A DNA stretch of 64,000 bases, taken from positions 200,001-264,000 of the forward strand of contig NMRA01000434.1 of assembly GCA_002633005.1 (NCBI GenBank). Direction: 5' to 3'. The notes below the pieces were generated by a model that saw nothing but the letters and a program-made list of their open reading frames with translations, was not told the DNA's origin and ran no database searches. This document shows positions 12,359 through 24,851 of the stretch, piece by piece (position 1 is the stretch's first letter; each line of letters opens with the position of its first letter). The DNA comes from Phoronis australis. Lineage: Eukaryota; Animalia; Phoronida. Both the position numbers and the translations under genes were made by a program.

Positions 12359-13109
12359 CGTTTGTCTACGTTGCTAGTTTTTATAAAGGTGGGCCTGTCT
12401 GTAGCCAACTACGGTAAATTCATAAAAGGTCACGTGCAGTGCAACTCAAGTTCATTACAAATTAAAAATCCGAACTTTCAAACCGTTTGATCTGAGTTGA
12501 CATCTCAAATCAAAATTATGAAAATGCCACATAAAAGTATGAAATTGAAAATTAGCACACGTCAGCTTCATGTCCCTACCACCCCCTTTATCTTGCTTGC
12601 TACCTCTTAGGGTTCATTTCCCTTGCTTCCGAGGTTTTTCGTTATTCTGGTATTTTCATAGACTGCAGCGTACTTGGCTAAGATGGTTCAAGTTTTGTGC
12701 GGCATACAGTCGACATAAATAATTGAGTATGTAACCTGCTGTTGAATTGCGGGATAGATTTTGACAGGTCCAGGTATTTATTTCTGAAGTATTAATGTAA
12801 TCTTTATTTATGTTAAAGGTTTTACTAGCGTCCTATTTATTTGTACACGAATGTGAATTTGTTGAAATCGCTGATCCAAATCCTGGCCAAATCTGCGCAT
12901 TATGCTGAGACCAACCGTCTGATCAGGGCCACCTAAGAGTAATTTGGTTAATTCGCTCACTAGACTATGGCTGAAGGTCCTCGTAAGGACAAGAGTTCAC
13001 CAGTCACTACCATTGGAAGAAATTTAGCGGACATTTTTCGTCAAAAAGTTTACCAGATAGTTTTCATCAAAACGGAGAAAAGAAAAATGGATTTGTGAAG
13101 ACAGGATTA

Positions 13110-13329
13110 AGTAGTAGGCCTACCAGAGCCTCTTAAAAAACACCCATCTTCGAAGTGTCGTGAACAAATGTATGAGTTTTTTTTTGGAAGAAAAACTTCC
13201 ATTCACGTCGACGCAAGAACATAACTTTTTCTCCCAAAGCGGATTTTGTGGTCTTCGTACACTATGGAAGCTAACGCCTCTGCATTTCGCCTGCGTAGCC
13301 GAACAACCGGCCACACAGCAACCGACCAT
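13110..13329 (-). pseudogene. THAP-domain remnant from a DNA transposon
   Basis: MVGCCVAGCS...GVSFH...W..., then after a frameshift in an A-run, YICSRHFEDGCF, completing the C2CH THAP signature. Confidence 0.7.
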
Positions 13330-13897
13330 GATTAGCAGACGACGTACTTGCCGGAAATTACACCAGATAATTTAGCCAGGTGTCGCCAGTGAATAATGAC
13401 GTAAGGGCTTGTGCGCAAGCTCACAGATTTCGTCCATTGAAAGTATACGGAGTTGGCGGTCCATGTACTATATTCTATGGTCATATCAGAGTCAATCCGC
13501 AATTTTAGAGTTGGCCAACCCCAATAAACTCAGAACCACGCTCTTGAGTCGGTGGTGGTTATGAAGTTCTTATTGGTAACGGAAATAGAATTCTATCAAG
13601 AAAACAATATTATAAGACCGATTTAATGAGAGTAAAAGATCAATTCGAGTTTCGTTTTTAACGAGCTAAACGACGGCGAGCTACATCTTTCAAATTTTCA
13701 ATAGGTCTACTTCAATTCCAAAAAAGCACTCAGATTATCACCCATTTTTCACGATGATGTATAAAGAATTCTTTTAATAACACATACAGCACAGGGAGTG
13801 TTCTTGTGTTATATTAATCTCGACGTCCAGGTGATTTTCAGTCGGTTGTCGATTTATGAATGTTTCTTTAATCAGCCCATGCAGATTCACGCACACA

Positions 13898-16800
13898 ATG
13901 GCTTCCATTCTTGCTGTCTTGTTTATGTTCATCCCTGTTTGTGTGTCTGAGACTGACACGGTCGCCGGTGGGAGCGACGCAGGTCTACGTTACGAACTCG
14001 AAATAATCAAAGTTGACCACAGATATTTTGTGAAGAAAATCACCAACGACGTTGAGTCTATTAGGGAAAAACTGGAAAGTGAAGAAGTGGATGTAAAATA
14101 CTTACAGCGGCATTTTGAGCTTTCGAATGAGTTTCAATCGCGAATAGTTGAGAGGACAAGGAAACTCGAAGTTAAACTGGCAGTAATTGAACAGCAGTAT
14201 GACCATTTTGAGAAAAGTTTGGATAATGTGCGGGATTCGTTGGCATCAAGATGTGGAGGACATGAGGCCTCGAAGCAGCAAGTCAAAACTAGCGATGTGC
14301 TTATGTCGAAGTCGGATAAAGAGTCGTGGAAAAACAAATATGAAACGGCTTTAGAGGAAATAGGAAGATTGAACAAGATTATTGGCGAATTAGGTGAGTA
14401 TACTATCCAAGAACAAATGCTATTAAGATCTGTCGGATCAATTGGTATGTAGATGGTGAGGAAAAACACAAAGCACGATTTGTAGCATTACGTTATTCAC
14501 CAAAGTATGTATCTGAGACTCGTAATAAGGTCTGTCGGATCACTTGGTACCTAGTAATCTGAGACTCGAAATAAGTGGTCAAAAGTAAGTACGGTTCTCC
14601 TTGCTGAAAATGTTCATTCTTGAACTTCGCTGCGTGACATCTACGTCGACGATGATATGTAATTCGCCCTCATTTTGTGCAGTATGATACATATTTTGTC
14701 AACCTGTTCATTTTTACCCTGTACTAACGTTTTTTAAAACATGTACATGGCCGTAGCCAGCTATTACAACAGGGAGGTACGAATTTGTGACTTAGCGGAC
14801 TTTAGCTGTCACCTGGTCGGTCTCACCGGTCATTGCTAATTGTTCCACTCTCTGGATCGCCAGCTGTTCAGGGGTCAGATGCGAAATTGTGATTAGCGGA
14901 CCTGTAGCTTTCCTCTCTCCTGCCACGGCCAGCCATTCAATATAAAAAATGACCACCAGGTGGCAATAGGCATCGCCATATTTGTTTCAAATATCCCCTT
15001 AGCATGATGGCATTTGGTAACTACCAAGAAAAAGTTGGTCACCTAAAAATTGCATAATTTTGGACGAGTTGATCAACGCTGTCACACGTTGTGGCTTTTT
15101 GACATTCTTTTTACTTGGTGACGTCATGAATCATGTGTTTGAGGATGGAAATAGTTTTTAGGGCGTTGTGTCTTTGAGCATTTCCAGTTGTGTACAGTGA
15201 TTAAAAAGAAATGCCCCTTTAATCCTTTAATAGTGCTCATACCAGGCACCTCGGGACCTCACCTTTCCAAAAATTACTTCAAAGAATGGCCATAAGAAAA
15301 TGAAGTTTTCCTGAAACTGGATCATAATAAAAGGAACCTTGACCTTCGACCCAGCTGTAGTTACTTCAGGCAGCTCCCAGCTACCGTCAGTGCGCTCGGG
15401 GCCTAGACCCATTCTTACTCTCTTTGAATCTTTGTTGGTTCACGGTTACTCAAGTTCTGATGGCTGCACCCCACCTATGGCGGACGTGGGGGGGGGGCGT
15501 GACGATAGCAAGGGGGTAGGTTGCCAAAGTCAACTTGGTTTGTGCCACACCAATATTTTTTCCTTCCTACGGGCCTGCATGCTTGGTACAAGTACGTAAT
15601 TTTTTCCCACCTTGGCCAGGTTTGTATCGTTGGCCGCTGGGTGAAAAGTGTCGCTCGAGGTGTAAAGACACTTTCCCCGCTGGTGATTTACGAGCGTAAA
15701 TTGCGAGCGTACATTTACGAGCGTAGCCTAAATTACGAGGGTAAGATTGGATGATCTGCTAGTTAGGTCGTTCCCTAGAAAAATGGCTAAATTTGGCTAC
15801 TTTCACAAAGTCATATGGTTGATAGGATTCCAAGACATTTTCAAATACTAGGCCTATGCTATAAAATTAGTGTAAATTACGAGGATAAGATTGGGTGATC
15901 TGTTCGTTAACTCGGCCCCAAAAAATGGCCAAATTCGGCTTTTTTCAGAAAAATCATATCTGTAAAATGGGTGATTGGATTTACAAGAAACTATATGCAC
16001 TGTTCTCCAAAACGCTGTGAGAAATTGTTTATGCAACACAGGCTATCAAATGTATGACTTTTGTGAAAAAAATCAAAAGTTGCATGAAATGAAAACGGGG
16101 TCAGGGATAATTGAAAAAACTAAAACAGTGTTTTATCGTGGAAATTTATATCAAAAGAAATTTGGTCCTGTAATTGATGTCGCTGTTTGTTTACGAATGT
16201 ACCTTTTTGCTAAATATTACTCAAGACATGGTCACGAGACACAAGTGGCCGTAGTTTGGTAAAGAGTCAAAAATTAAGTTGTACAGAGTTTCTCCATTCA
16301 GAAAATATATACTTTCACGGAGTTAAACTCTGTATATATTTGGTTAGAAATACACAGACTTGTTGGGTCCTATATAACCTTAACGATCAAAATATTTACA
16401 TTCGTCGTTTAATTCACGACCGTGATAGGCGATCGTAATTTTGAGGTCGTAAAACTTTCAGAGCTCACATAACCAGCAACCTGGTAATCTAGATTACGTT
16501 CGTAAAACATGAGCGTCAAAAGTGTCTCTACCGTACGTACCCCAGTGATTTATGAACGTAATTTACAGGCGACACTTTCCTCCAGCGGCCACACTACTAC
16601 TTGCGCTGGGGCAAGTTACACCAGAGCAAAGTAGGCCTACATTACCAAAAATAAAAATTTACTGAAACACTCTTGTTGTGTGCTGTTTCTCCAAGTGCTG
16701 TCATCAGCTAAAATGCATCCTCATCGATAATTTCGACCCCTAATCTAGAATCATCTCAGATACCGGGACCCCGAACTTGACCAGGCTTCTGTCATCACTT

Positions 16801-19800
16801 GTAGTGCCACCTGTTGTTTCGCTGTAACCATATCCACGACGACGCCTCTTCAGCAGATCTCATCACTGACTGCACCAAATTCTTCGTCGACACTGTGCTG
16901 ATACCTAGGAACTTCATCAACCTCCACACGCTGCTCCCGATGAAACCTCTGCATCCTACTTCGACTGGCATACAAAAACACTTCCAACCAGCTACTGAAC
17001 AATCATGGGAAAGTTCTGCATACTTAAGCCTTTTCCTCTCGTTGGCCTCTACCATTCGGGATTCCCATGATACTGTAAGTTCTACTATGATGACCGTGTT
17101 TGTACCATCTGACCATAATACCAAGTCAGGCCGGAGTGTCGTCATCACTATATGGATCGGGAATACTGCCAACGGCCCCACATCCACTATCATCTTCCAA
17201 TCACTCGCTGTAGTCAACACACCCGCATCTTTCCTCCTCCCCAATGCACCTTCTCTGCAAAATGATATTAGCGGGCTTTCGGTGTTGCTAACCACCTTCC
17301 TTCTTTCTGGATCCAAAAAATGCGCAACCACCTTGAGAATCTTGTCATGTCTCCACTTGCATTTGCCTTCCGCCAAAGCCGACCTACAGGATGACAAAAC
17401 GTGCTGTAAAGTGCAGCGCTCCCCCACAACTGCTGCAAGAATCGTCTTCTATCCTTCCCCATAACTTCAGGTTTGTCGGACTAGGGAGTACGTCATACAC
17501 AGAACGCAGGATAAAAATTAATCTGTACTGGTTACATGAAATCAGGTCGTTCGCTGTGATGCGCCTACTGTGAATCCCCTCCCATGCTGTTCAGGTGCCC
17601 TGCTTTCTCAAACCCACAGCATGAGAAAAGCGCTTCTCCTCTTCCTGGTGACGTACTTCGTCTAACACCATAGAACGACGCTCTTTCCCTCTAGTTGTCT
17701 TCCACCTCTTAAACGGTTTCATGCCAAGGCATTCACGTCCTCTAGACACTGCCCCTACTAAATCTTTATGGTGAAGCCTGCTCTCTGCTGATGCTACTTC
17801 CTCCTCTGGACTCCACTTCCTTCCCGCAAAAACGTCAATCTTTACACCAATGATATCATCATCTTTCGAGTCCCTCAGAGTCAGGAAGGTCCTGCTCTTA
17901 ACGACTTTAAACTCTTCCACAATAGATCGTGTAGGTAGGTTTACTGCTGAAGACCTCATGTACAGGCCCAAACTGGTGAAACTTGGCGGTATGCCTAACC
18001 ACTTGCGCAACCAGCCGCTAACCAAGCGCTCTATCCTCTCCGCTACTGTAATAGGTAGATCGTACACTGTCAAAGGCCACATAGCCTTTGGAAATAGACC
18101 AAACTGATAACACCACACCTTAAAGCGACCAGGTAATCCACACTTATCGATCTTCTGAAGATTTTCCCGTAAACTTTTCAGCGCTACTTTTACATGATCT
18201 CCATCCTTCAATGTGCCGTCATACTCTTTCCCCAGATACTTCACTGATTTGTCGGACACCGAGGGTATCACATCCTCATCCACCTTAAAAGCGAAATGTG
18301 GGTTAATCTCCCCTCGAACCAGCACTAAACTCCTTGATTTTGCTACTTTGAACTCCATACGAGCCCACCTGGCGAGATCACCCAAGGCTTTTAGAATCCG
18401 GCCTGCCCCTAATGCCGACTGAGTTGTAACGGTGAGATCATCCACATATGCTCGACAACTTGGTAGACGCTTGTTCTGCAACAAAGGTCCCCTCCACTCC
18501 TTGGATGCTCGCTTAATCATAACATTCATGGCCATCACAAACAGAATTATAGAAATTGTGCACCCAGTCATGATCCCCTTCTGCAAAGGTTGCCACTCGG
18601 TTGTAAAACCATTAACTGAGAATCTCATTCTTGCTCCCGTGAAGTATTTGCTGATGAGAGAACGCAGATCTTCCGGCAAATGATACATACACATCGCCTT
18701 CTCTATAAGCTTGGGTGGCATCGACCCATAAGCATTGGCCATGTCAAGTCATACCACAGACAGGTCTTTCTTCAATTTCTTTGCATCCTTGATTAACTCC
18801 GTGATCACGCAATTGTGTTCTAAACAGCCAGAGCAGCCGGGAATGCCTCCCTTCTGCACTGACGGATTGATGTGCCTGTTCTCCAACAAATATGTCGTTA
18901 GCCTGTCTGCCAGCACAGCGAAAAAGACTTTCCCCTCCACATCCAATAACGAGATACGACGGAAGTCACCAATCTTCACAGAGCCTTTGCCTTTCGGAAT
19001 GTACATCCCTTTCGCCTTTCCCCATCTCCAAGTCAACGCCTTCGAACGCCAAATCACTCTCAACAGCTTCCAAAGGCGGTGTAATAACCTTGAACACTTC
19101 TTGTAAACTATATACGGTAGCCCGGATGGGCCTGGAGCTGATCCCGACTTGGCGTTCATGACCACCTTCCTGACATCACAGAACTTAAAATCGCCAACCT
19201 CTAAAGGTACACTCGGAAATTCTTCTTCATCCATCCAGTCAAAATCTCCCAAAGGTTCCTCGCACCGACTGTCACTGTGAACCTCCTCCAGATGTCTTTC
19301 GAGCTCGTCCTTTGAGCATCTGAGCTGCCCAATTGTCTCTTTCCCAAAAAGCTCCTTCGTGAACTTGTATGGATTGGACAGAAATCTCTTCCTCTCCCGG
19401 ATCTTCTCGGACTTCCTCTTTCTAAGCTGCTCTGCCTTACACAAAGATAAAAGTTTACAACTCAGGTCCTGTCTTAAATGGGCTAAGCCTCTCCTTTCAT
19501 GATTCTCAGCTCTCTTCCACTGCCTCTTGAGGTCTCTCAACTCCACCCGGATCTCCTTGATCTCCCTCTGTATTCTGCTAGGCCCTTGCGCGGTTGGATT
19601 CTTTCTCTTCGCCGACACGCCAAATCGATCTCTGCAAACTGTGTAGACCAGCTCAGTCATGGTGACCAGTTTCTTCTGTGCAGTACCCTTTAAATTCGCC
19701 TCTAGAATGCCATCAAGATCCTCATCCAGAAGACTCCAGGCCTTTGAGTCATTGCCTCTCGGCCATGTAATCCGCTCCTTCCTTGCCACCTCAGTAATTT

Positions 19801-22800
19801 ACAGGCGACACTTTCCTCCAGCGGCCACACTACTACTTGCGCTGGGGCAAGTTATACCAGAGCAAAGTAGGCCTACATTACCTCGATATGGTGGGGTGAA
19901 TAGTGTCTATAATATTCCTAAATTTAACGACAACTTTTTCTAGGGTAATTCGTAATGTGGGTGGCACTTATTTCTTACGCTGACAGGAACACCTCTCACC
20001 GGCACTACATTTCTTGGGTTTTTGCTGATGCCGCTGCCGACGGCTTCCATATTGCACGGTTTCCATTGTCTCCATTTCCTCTGCCTGAGGATACAGTTGA
20101 TAGTCTAAATGCATGTTGGTGTTTTTAGCTAGTGCATTCAATAAAGCAAAACAATTATATCCCCTGTAAACAACATGCATAAATGTCTAGTTGTCCGTGT
20201 TTGTTTTTCGTCTTCTAGGACCACGTGGAAGTTCCAACTCCGCGGGTGACGGTAAAAGTCAAAGCCAGAATCTATCTACTTCTAACGCCACGTTAACTGC
20301 GGATGTTACGACAGAGACAGTAAATCTTACTGTTTCAAGCTTTGATATGCAAGCAACCACTGAAGTGCCTAAAACCACTTTGGACGGGGATAATACGAGT
20401 GACGGTCATGGCGTCGTGCCTGAAATTGATTCGTTACCATCAGCAGCTTCTACTGACGTTCAGCCAGATTCTATAAATCTTCACAACGAACTGCACACAC
20501 CGTCGAAGCCACATTCGAAGTTGTTACCGATGAGTTCAACAGCGAAAGACATTTCATTTTCCACTTCTTCAACAGTGGACGTCGCTGCTCAATCTAAAGA
20601 AGCAACTAGCGATAGGGTGAAAGTGACCAGCTTTATCACAACCAAAACTTCGTTGGATGAAAGAACCACGACAACTGCAAAAGTTTGCCACAAAAGTAAG
20701 TGCCGCCTTCTAACGCATCAGGTCTAACAAAACACGACACCCTGTAAGTTTTAAGTACGATTTGTAAGACTATTTTACTCAAGCGGTAAGAATTTTTGCT
20801 TCTGCTTTTGTAACGGTATTGTCTAACATACAGTTTGCATTCAAGAGGCCTGGAACGCGAAAACTCGTAAAAATATCTGTTAAACATATAGTGGCGAATT
20901 TAATTCTTGGAGATGGTAACGCGATTTATTCACTTTGAATAGAGCAAGAATTTTTTGAAATACAGGGGAAATATAGACCTGAACTATTTCATCCCAACCC
21001 AGTTTTCAAATTCGTTGCACCGAATATGTAGGCAAGCATTTGCTCAAAGAACATTTCCCCAATTACATTTTAGAATATATTTGAATACGAAGTTACCTTT
21101 GTAGCTCATTTTAACCAGGACTTACTTCCAAGTCGGACTGACTGCTGCTTGAAATCGCTATTTTTTATTTAGTCCTACATCAAAGACCATTTGCCATATA
21201 AGGGAAATGTGTTACTATATTGCCATGCCAGATGTGCTTTGCCTTGTGGGCGAAAAATGAAACGAGCAGATGATAGGTAGTTTTTGAAATTTTGAAACTA
21301 AAGGAAAAATGCTTTGGTTGACATCAACAAAAACAATATTTACGAACAAACCGTAAAAATACCTAGTTATCAGTTTTTGACTTCTGTTTCTGTGGCAGCG
21401 AATCACTATAATGCAATTTAGTCTAGTTCTCGTGTTCTATGCCACTTTAAAAGGGAACTGTATTTTATTCTGAATAAATTCTGGATAGTTTTCTATGAAT
21501 TGTTGATTAAATTCACAAATAATTCAACACCAAAAATTAAACTTATATTCTCTAACGAAGGTCAAAAAAATTACCGGCTTGGAGCGCTGCTTAGTCGCGT
21601 GACGTATTTGGCGGGGGCCAAGTCACTGTCCTGTGTTAGCGTGCAATCAAGTAGCGTTTTTCATATTGTCGGAATAAGAAATTTTAGTGTGAAATGTCGG
21701 GTCACAAAGGATACCTGTTTGAGCCGAGGCAACACAAAGTGATACCCAGTCATCGTCATCGTCAGACGAAAATTTGCCGGTGCAACTGGTGTCAGTGACT
21801 GTGCCGAGGGCAATGTGGACTCTAGCCATCCAGTCAGCCAGCTGTCAGCCAATACTGTCAGCTCTGTAAACTTGAAGGGTTGGTTAGTTACCGACTGTAG
21901 CTGTATGAAGATTATCGTACCACTGTGTGTTGAGCTCCGTTAACCCCGAAATTTCAGACAGCCGTTGACTACCCGGGTATAGTTGACTCAGTTATGCTCG
22001 TCACCTCGTCGTAAAACTTAGGCTACATCAACATATAAAGCTAACGGACCGGCGGGGGCGCATGCAAAATCTGGTAGTCACCCGACACTCCCATTGTTCG
22101 TTGCAGCCGTTTAAGTGGAAAACAGTCAAATAAACGTCATTTGGTAGCATAATTTGCCGCCTTTTTACAAAGAAGTGTGTCGTCCGTTTCAAAAACAGCA
22201 CGCTCGTGACAAGGCGCACGCGCCATTTCATAAAATTTGAGACGTCTTTCGGGACATGATGACAGCTTCGCAGCACCAAGGTTGTTCTAAAATTCGGTTT
22301 GCTGGTGTAAAAATACTAAAAGCTTGAAACAAAATGAAACAAGTTCCGATAATTTGTTATAACATGTACGCAACCTAGGCCGTCAGCGACGAACACTTGA
22401 TAAAAGAATCAGGGGGATAAGAAACTGGTAAAGGTCAGGTGACGTAATCGCAAAAAGCCGTCTCAAGAGAACACATCACAATTTTACTAGCAGCAGCCGA
22501 TGAACGATCGCTAACATTTCCAACACCGATAAATACAGAAGTTAGTTTACTCTAGGAACCTGGTTCCTAGGTTTACTCAAGTCTGACTTAGTTTTAATGA
22601 CATTTATTTGAGTCAGATTTTATTTGTACATTTTTACCCATATCGGCTTAAACCTGTAGGCCTATATCTAGTATACACTGAGCTTTGGGCCAAGGCTTGG
22701 GTAACCCGGCGATGGTATGCGATGACCATCCCTTTAGAAGACGCCTTTTTCGAAGCGTTTGAGCAACCAGGTGCCATACAAAAAGGCATAGCGAACCTTT

Positions 22801-24851
22801 TACAGCACTGTGGCTAACAATAAAAAATAAGGACGATTGATACAATGATAAATTACNACTAAGCAGCGCTCCAAGCCGGTAATTTTTTGAGCTTCGTTAG
22901 AGAACATAAGTTTAATTTTTGGTGTTGAATTATTTGTGAAATTAATCAACAATTCATAGAAAACTATCCAGAATTTATTCAGAATAAAATACAGTTCCCT
23001 TTTAAACCTGTAGGCCTATATCTAGTATGCACTGAGCTTTGGGCCAAGGCTTGGGTAACCCGGCGATGGTATGCGATGACCATCCCTTTAGAAGACGTCT
23101 TTTTCGAAGAGTTTGAGCAACCAGGTGCCATACAAAAAGGCATAGCGAACCTTTTACAGCACTGTGGCTAACAATAAAAAATAAGGACGATTGATAAAAT
23201 GAAAAATTACGATGTAAACTCTTCAAATATGACATAAGCTGTCATAAGCAATGAATGTGTAAAGCAGCCGATACCCCGCCGTTCACGTCACTGACACATC
23301 AGCCAATCAGCGATCGCTTTCAGAATTCAGTGTTTTGACCATGGATACGAATTGGCTTTTGTTTGGCACGCAAGTCAAGCAAATGTGAGTTTTGTTTGTA
23401 TGTTAGAACCGATTAACTGCAACATTGTTTTGACTACAGTCCCCTTTTAAGACATCAGATCACGCGATACCCGTCCGCCGGGCCATCTCTGACACAGCAC
23501 CCACCTATACTTTCGTGGCACTGTAAAAGGGTGTAGGCCACCTCCTTGGCGAGTGCAAAGTCAAAGGTACGCGCCGCGAACGAAAATTAGCTCAGCTCAT
23601 AGCTCACGTCTGCAAAAAAGTTAGGATGGTTTTGCCTCGCGCGGCTGTGAGGCTAATGTCTCACTTACCGGTGGCGAATCCTCGTTTACCTAGCTTCGGC
23701 AGCCAATGAAAATTAATTATTGTATCACGTGCAGGGATTGGAATGATCAATGATAAAAAACAAAAAAATACAGGTAATGTTTCGTTCCACAAATAGGCTT
23801 ATGTGATATATTTTTTTGTTAACTGGAATAAACATTTTTGCACGAATAAAGACAAAATCATGATAGAAAGAGACGAAAACAGAGGAAACTGGAAATCAAA
23901 TAAGAGGAAATTGAAATCAAAAGAGGAAATCCCCTCAACAGAGGAAAATTATAAGCCCTGCAGGTGGTAACAACAAATCTCTCGCTGGCTCATTTTGGCC
24001 GTTTACCACGAACGCATTGAATGGGTCAGTGAGCATTTTGCCGGCTGTGTACGGGTAAAAAGCATCAGTTATAAATTTTGTTCAGTTGAGGACGACAGCT
24101 CAGTTCGCAGCTTCTCGTCTGCACTTGTCGTGATAGTTTACAGCGTCTTTGTAGCAATTTTTTTTTTACTTCAGAACCTCGGTCGTGTGCTGACTATTGT
24201 AAACGCGGTTACTGCGGTGGACGGGGCCACACCAAGAAACTGATGATCGACCCACTTGGCACTTGCAATCCGTGGCCAGTGTCTTGTGACTTCATGAAAT
24301 CGGAAACGACTAAAATCCCGGACTTCATCAGACCGGATTACTCCTCGGTCATCCACCACGACCACGAACCCAAGGACGGCAGATGCATCGACGCACATGT
24401 TTATGAATGTAGCAAGCAGCAGTGTAAATCCTTCGATATAACCTACAATACTCCAATGGATCAAATTCGGGCACTTGTGCAGAGTTCCGACGCATGTATC
24501 CAGTATTTAAGTTACAGGTGCAAGCTGTCTCCATTACAGTTCACCGACCCGACATATCCAGACAGTGAGCACGTGCCTAATGCTGCCTGGTTCGCCTGGG
24601 ATGGAACGCCGCGCTATTATCTTGGTGCTACGCCGCTCAAAGGCATGTGTCCTTGCGGAATGAGCTCTCAGGGATGCAAGGAGAAGAGTTTTAATTGTAA
24701 TTGCGATGCATTGAGTTTTGAAGAGACAGAAGACGGCGATTTTCTCATCGACAAAACTTCCCTTCCCGTGACCAAATTGTCGTTTGGAGGTGAAACTGGA
24801 CAGTCCAGGGGATGTTTCACCTTGGGGCCCCTGATATGCTACGACATATAA
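13898..24851 (+). CDS. Secreted protein (549 aa): signal peptide, coiled coil, Ser/Thr-rich stalk, contactin-associated-protein/neurexin-IV-like fibrinogen-type C-terminal domain
   Basis: Exons 13898-14393, 20219-20695 and 24175-24851, with GT-AG introns both in phase 1; total 1650 nt open. Signal peptide MASILAVLFMFIPVCVS. The C-terminal exon reads PRSCADY...IDPLG...VSCDF...ITYNTPMDQIRALVQSSDACIQYLSYRC...NCNCDA...DGDFLIDKTSLPVTKLSFG...TLGPLIC, the CASPR-type FBG-like motif series. Confidence 0.85.
15632..16590. mobile_element. Non-autonomous TIR element (GGCCGCTGG...AAAGTGTCGC TIRs; internal TTACGAGCGTA repeats)
   Basis: GGCCGCTGGGTGAAAAGTGTCGC at 15632 is inverted as GCGACACTTTCCTCCAGCGGCC ending at 16590. 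No clear TSD. Confidence 0.6.
16558..16646 (+). repeat. 89-bp direct repeat, left copy, flanking the non-LTR element
   Basis: GTAATTTACAGGCGACAC...GTAGGCCTACATTACC, identical to 19794-19882 except for one C/T. Confidence 0.95.
16647..19793 (-). mobile_element. 5'-truncated non-LTR retrotransposon with RT, CCHC knuckle and restriction-like endonuclease (HERO/NeSL-like), inactivated
   Basis: Single ancestral ORF 19789-16795. RT motifs: SAPGPSG, FRRISLL, QKGG, GCLEH, LDMANAYGS, GIMTGCTIS, YVDDL, KYLG. Knuckle CSSCG..TLQHVLSSC, RHD, and RLE motif RPDLVLW...IIVELTVSWE...KY. Two in-frame TGA stops (18749, 17591) and a +1 shift in a G5 run (17421-17425). Confidence 0.92.
19794..19882 (+). repeat. 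89-bp direct repeat, right copy, flanking the non-LTR element
   Basis: Matches 16558-16646 at 88 of 89 positions. Confidence 0.95.
21451..23446. mobile_element. Non-autonomous Kolobok-like element (TTAA TSD) in intron 2 of the secreted-protein gene
   Basis: TTAA|AAGGGAACTGTA ... TACAGTCCCCTT|TTAA. Confidence 0.7.
22648..23210. repeat. ~209-bp direct duplication plus an inverted copy of the element end, around the N at 22857
   Basis: 22648-22856 is nearly identical to 23002-23210. 22858-23001 is a near-exact reverse complement of 21451-21595. Confidence 0.9.

Noticed and set aside
12657-13480. Possible CATAGA-terminated P-like element around the THAP remnant
   Set aside because: The TIR match is short and the flanks show no TSD, so boundaries are unsupported.
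16660-16795. CTGATGA and CGAAA in the retroelement 3' UTR, suggesting a hammerhead ribozyme or SECIS
   Set aside because: I could not pair stem II in any permutation, and the in-frame TGAs are at Trp rather than Cys positions. It is probably just a structured 3' UTR; a covariance search would settle it.
16814-19943. Plus-strand ORFs of 60-216 aa over the retroelement
   Set aside because: They are antisense shadows of the RT ORF with no recognisable motifs.
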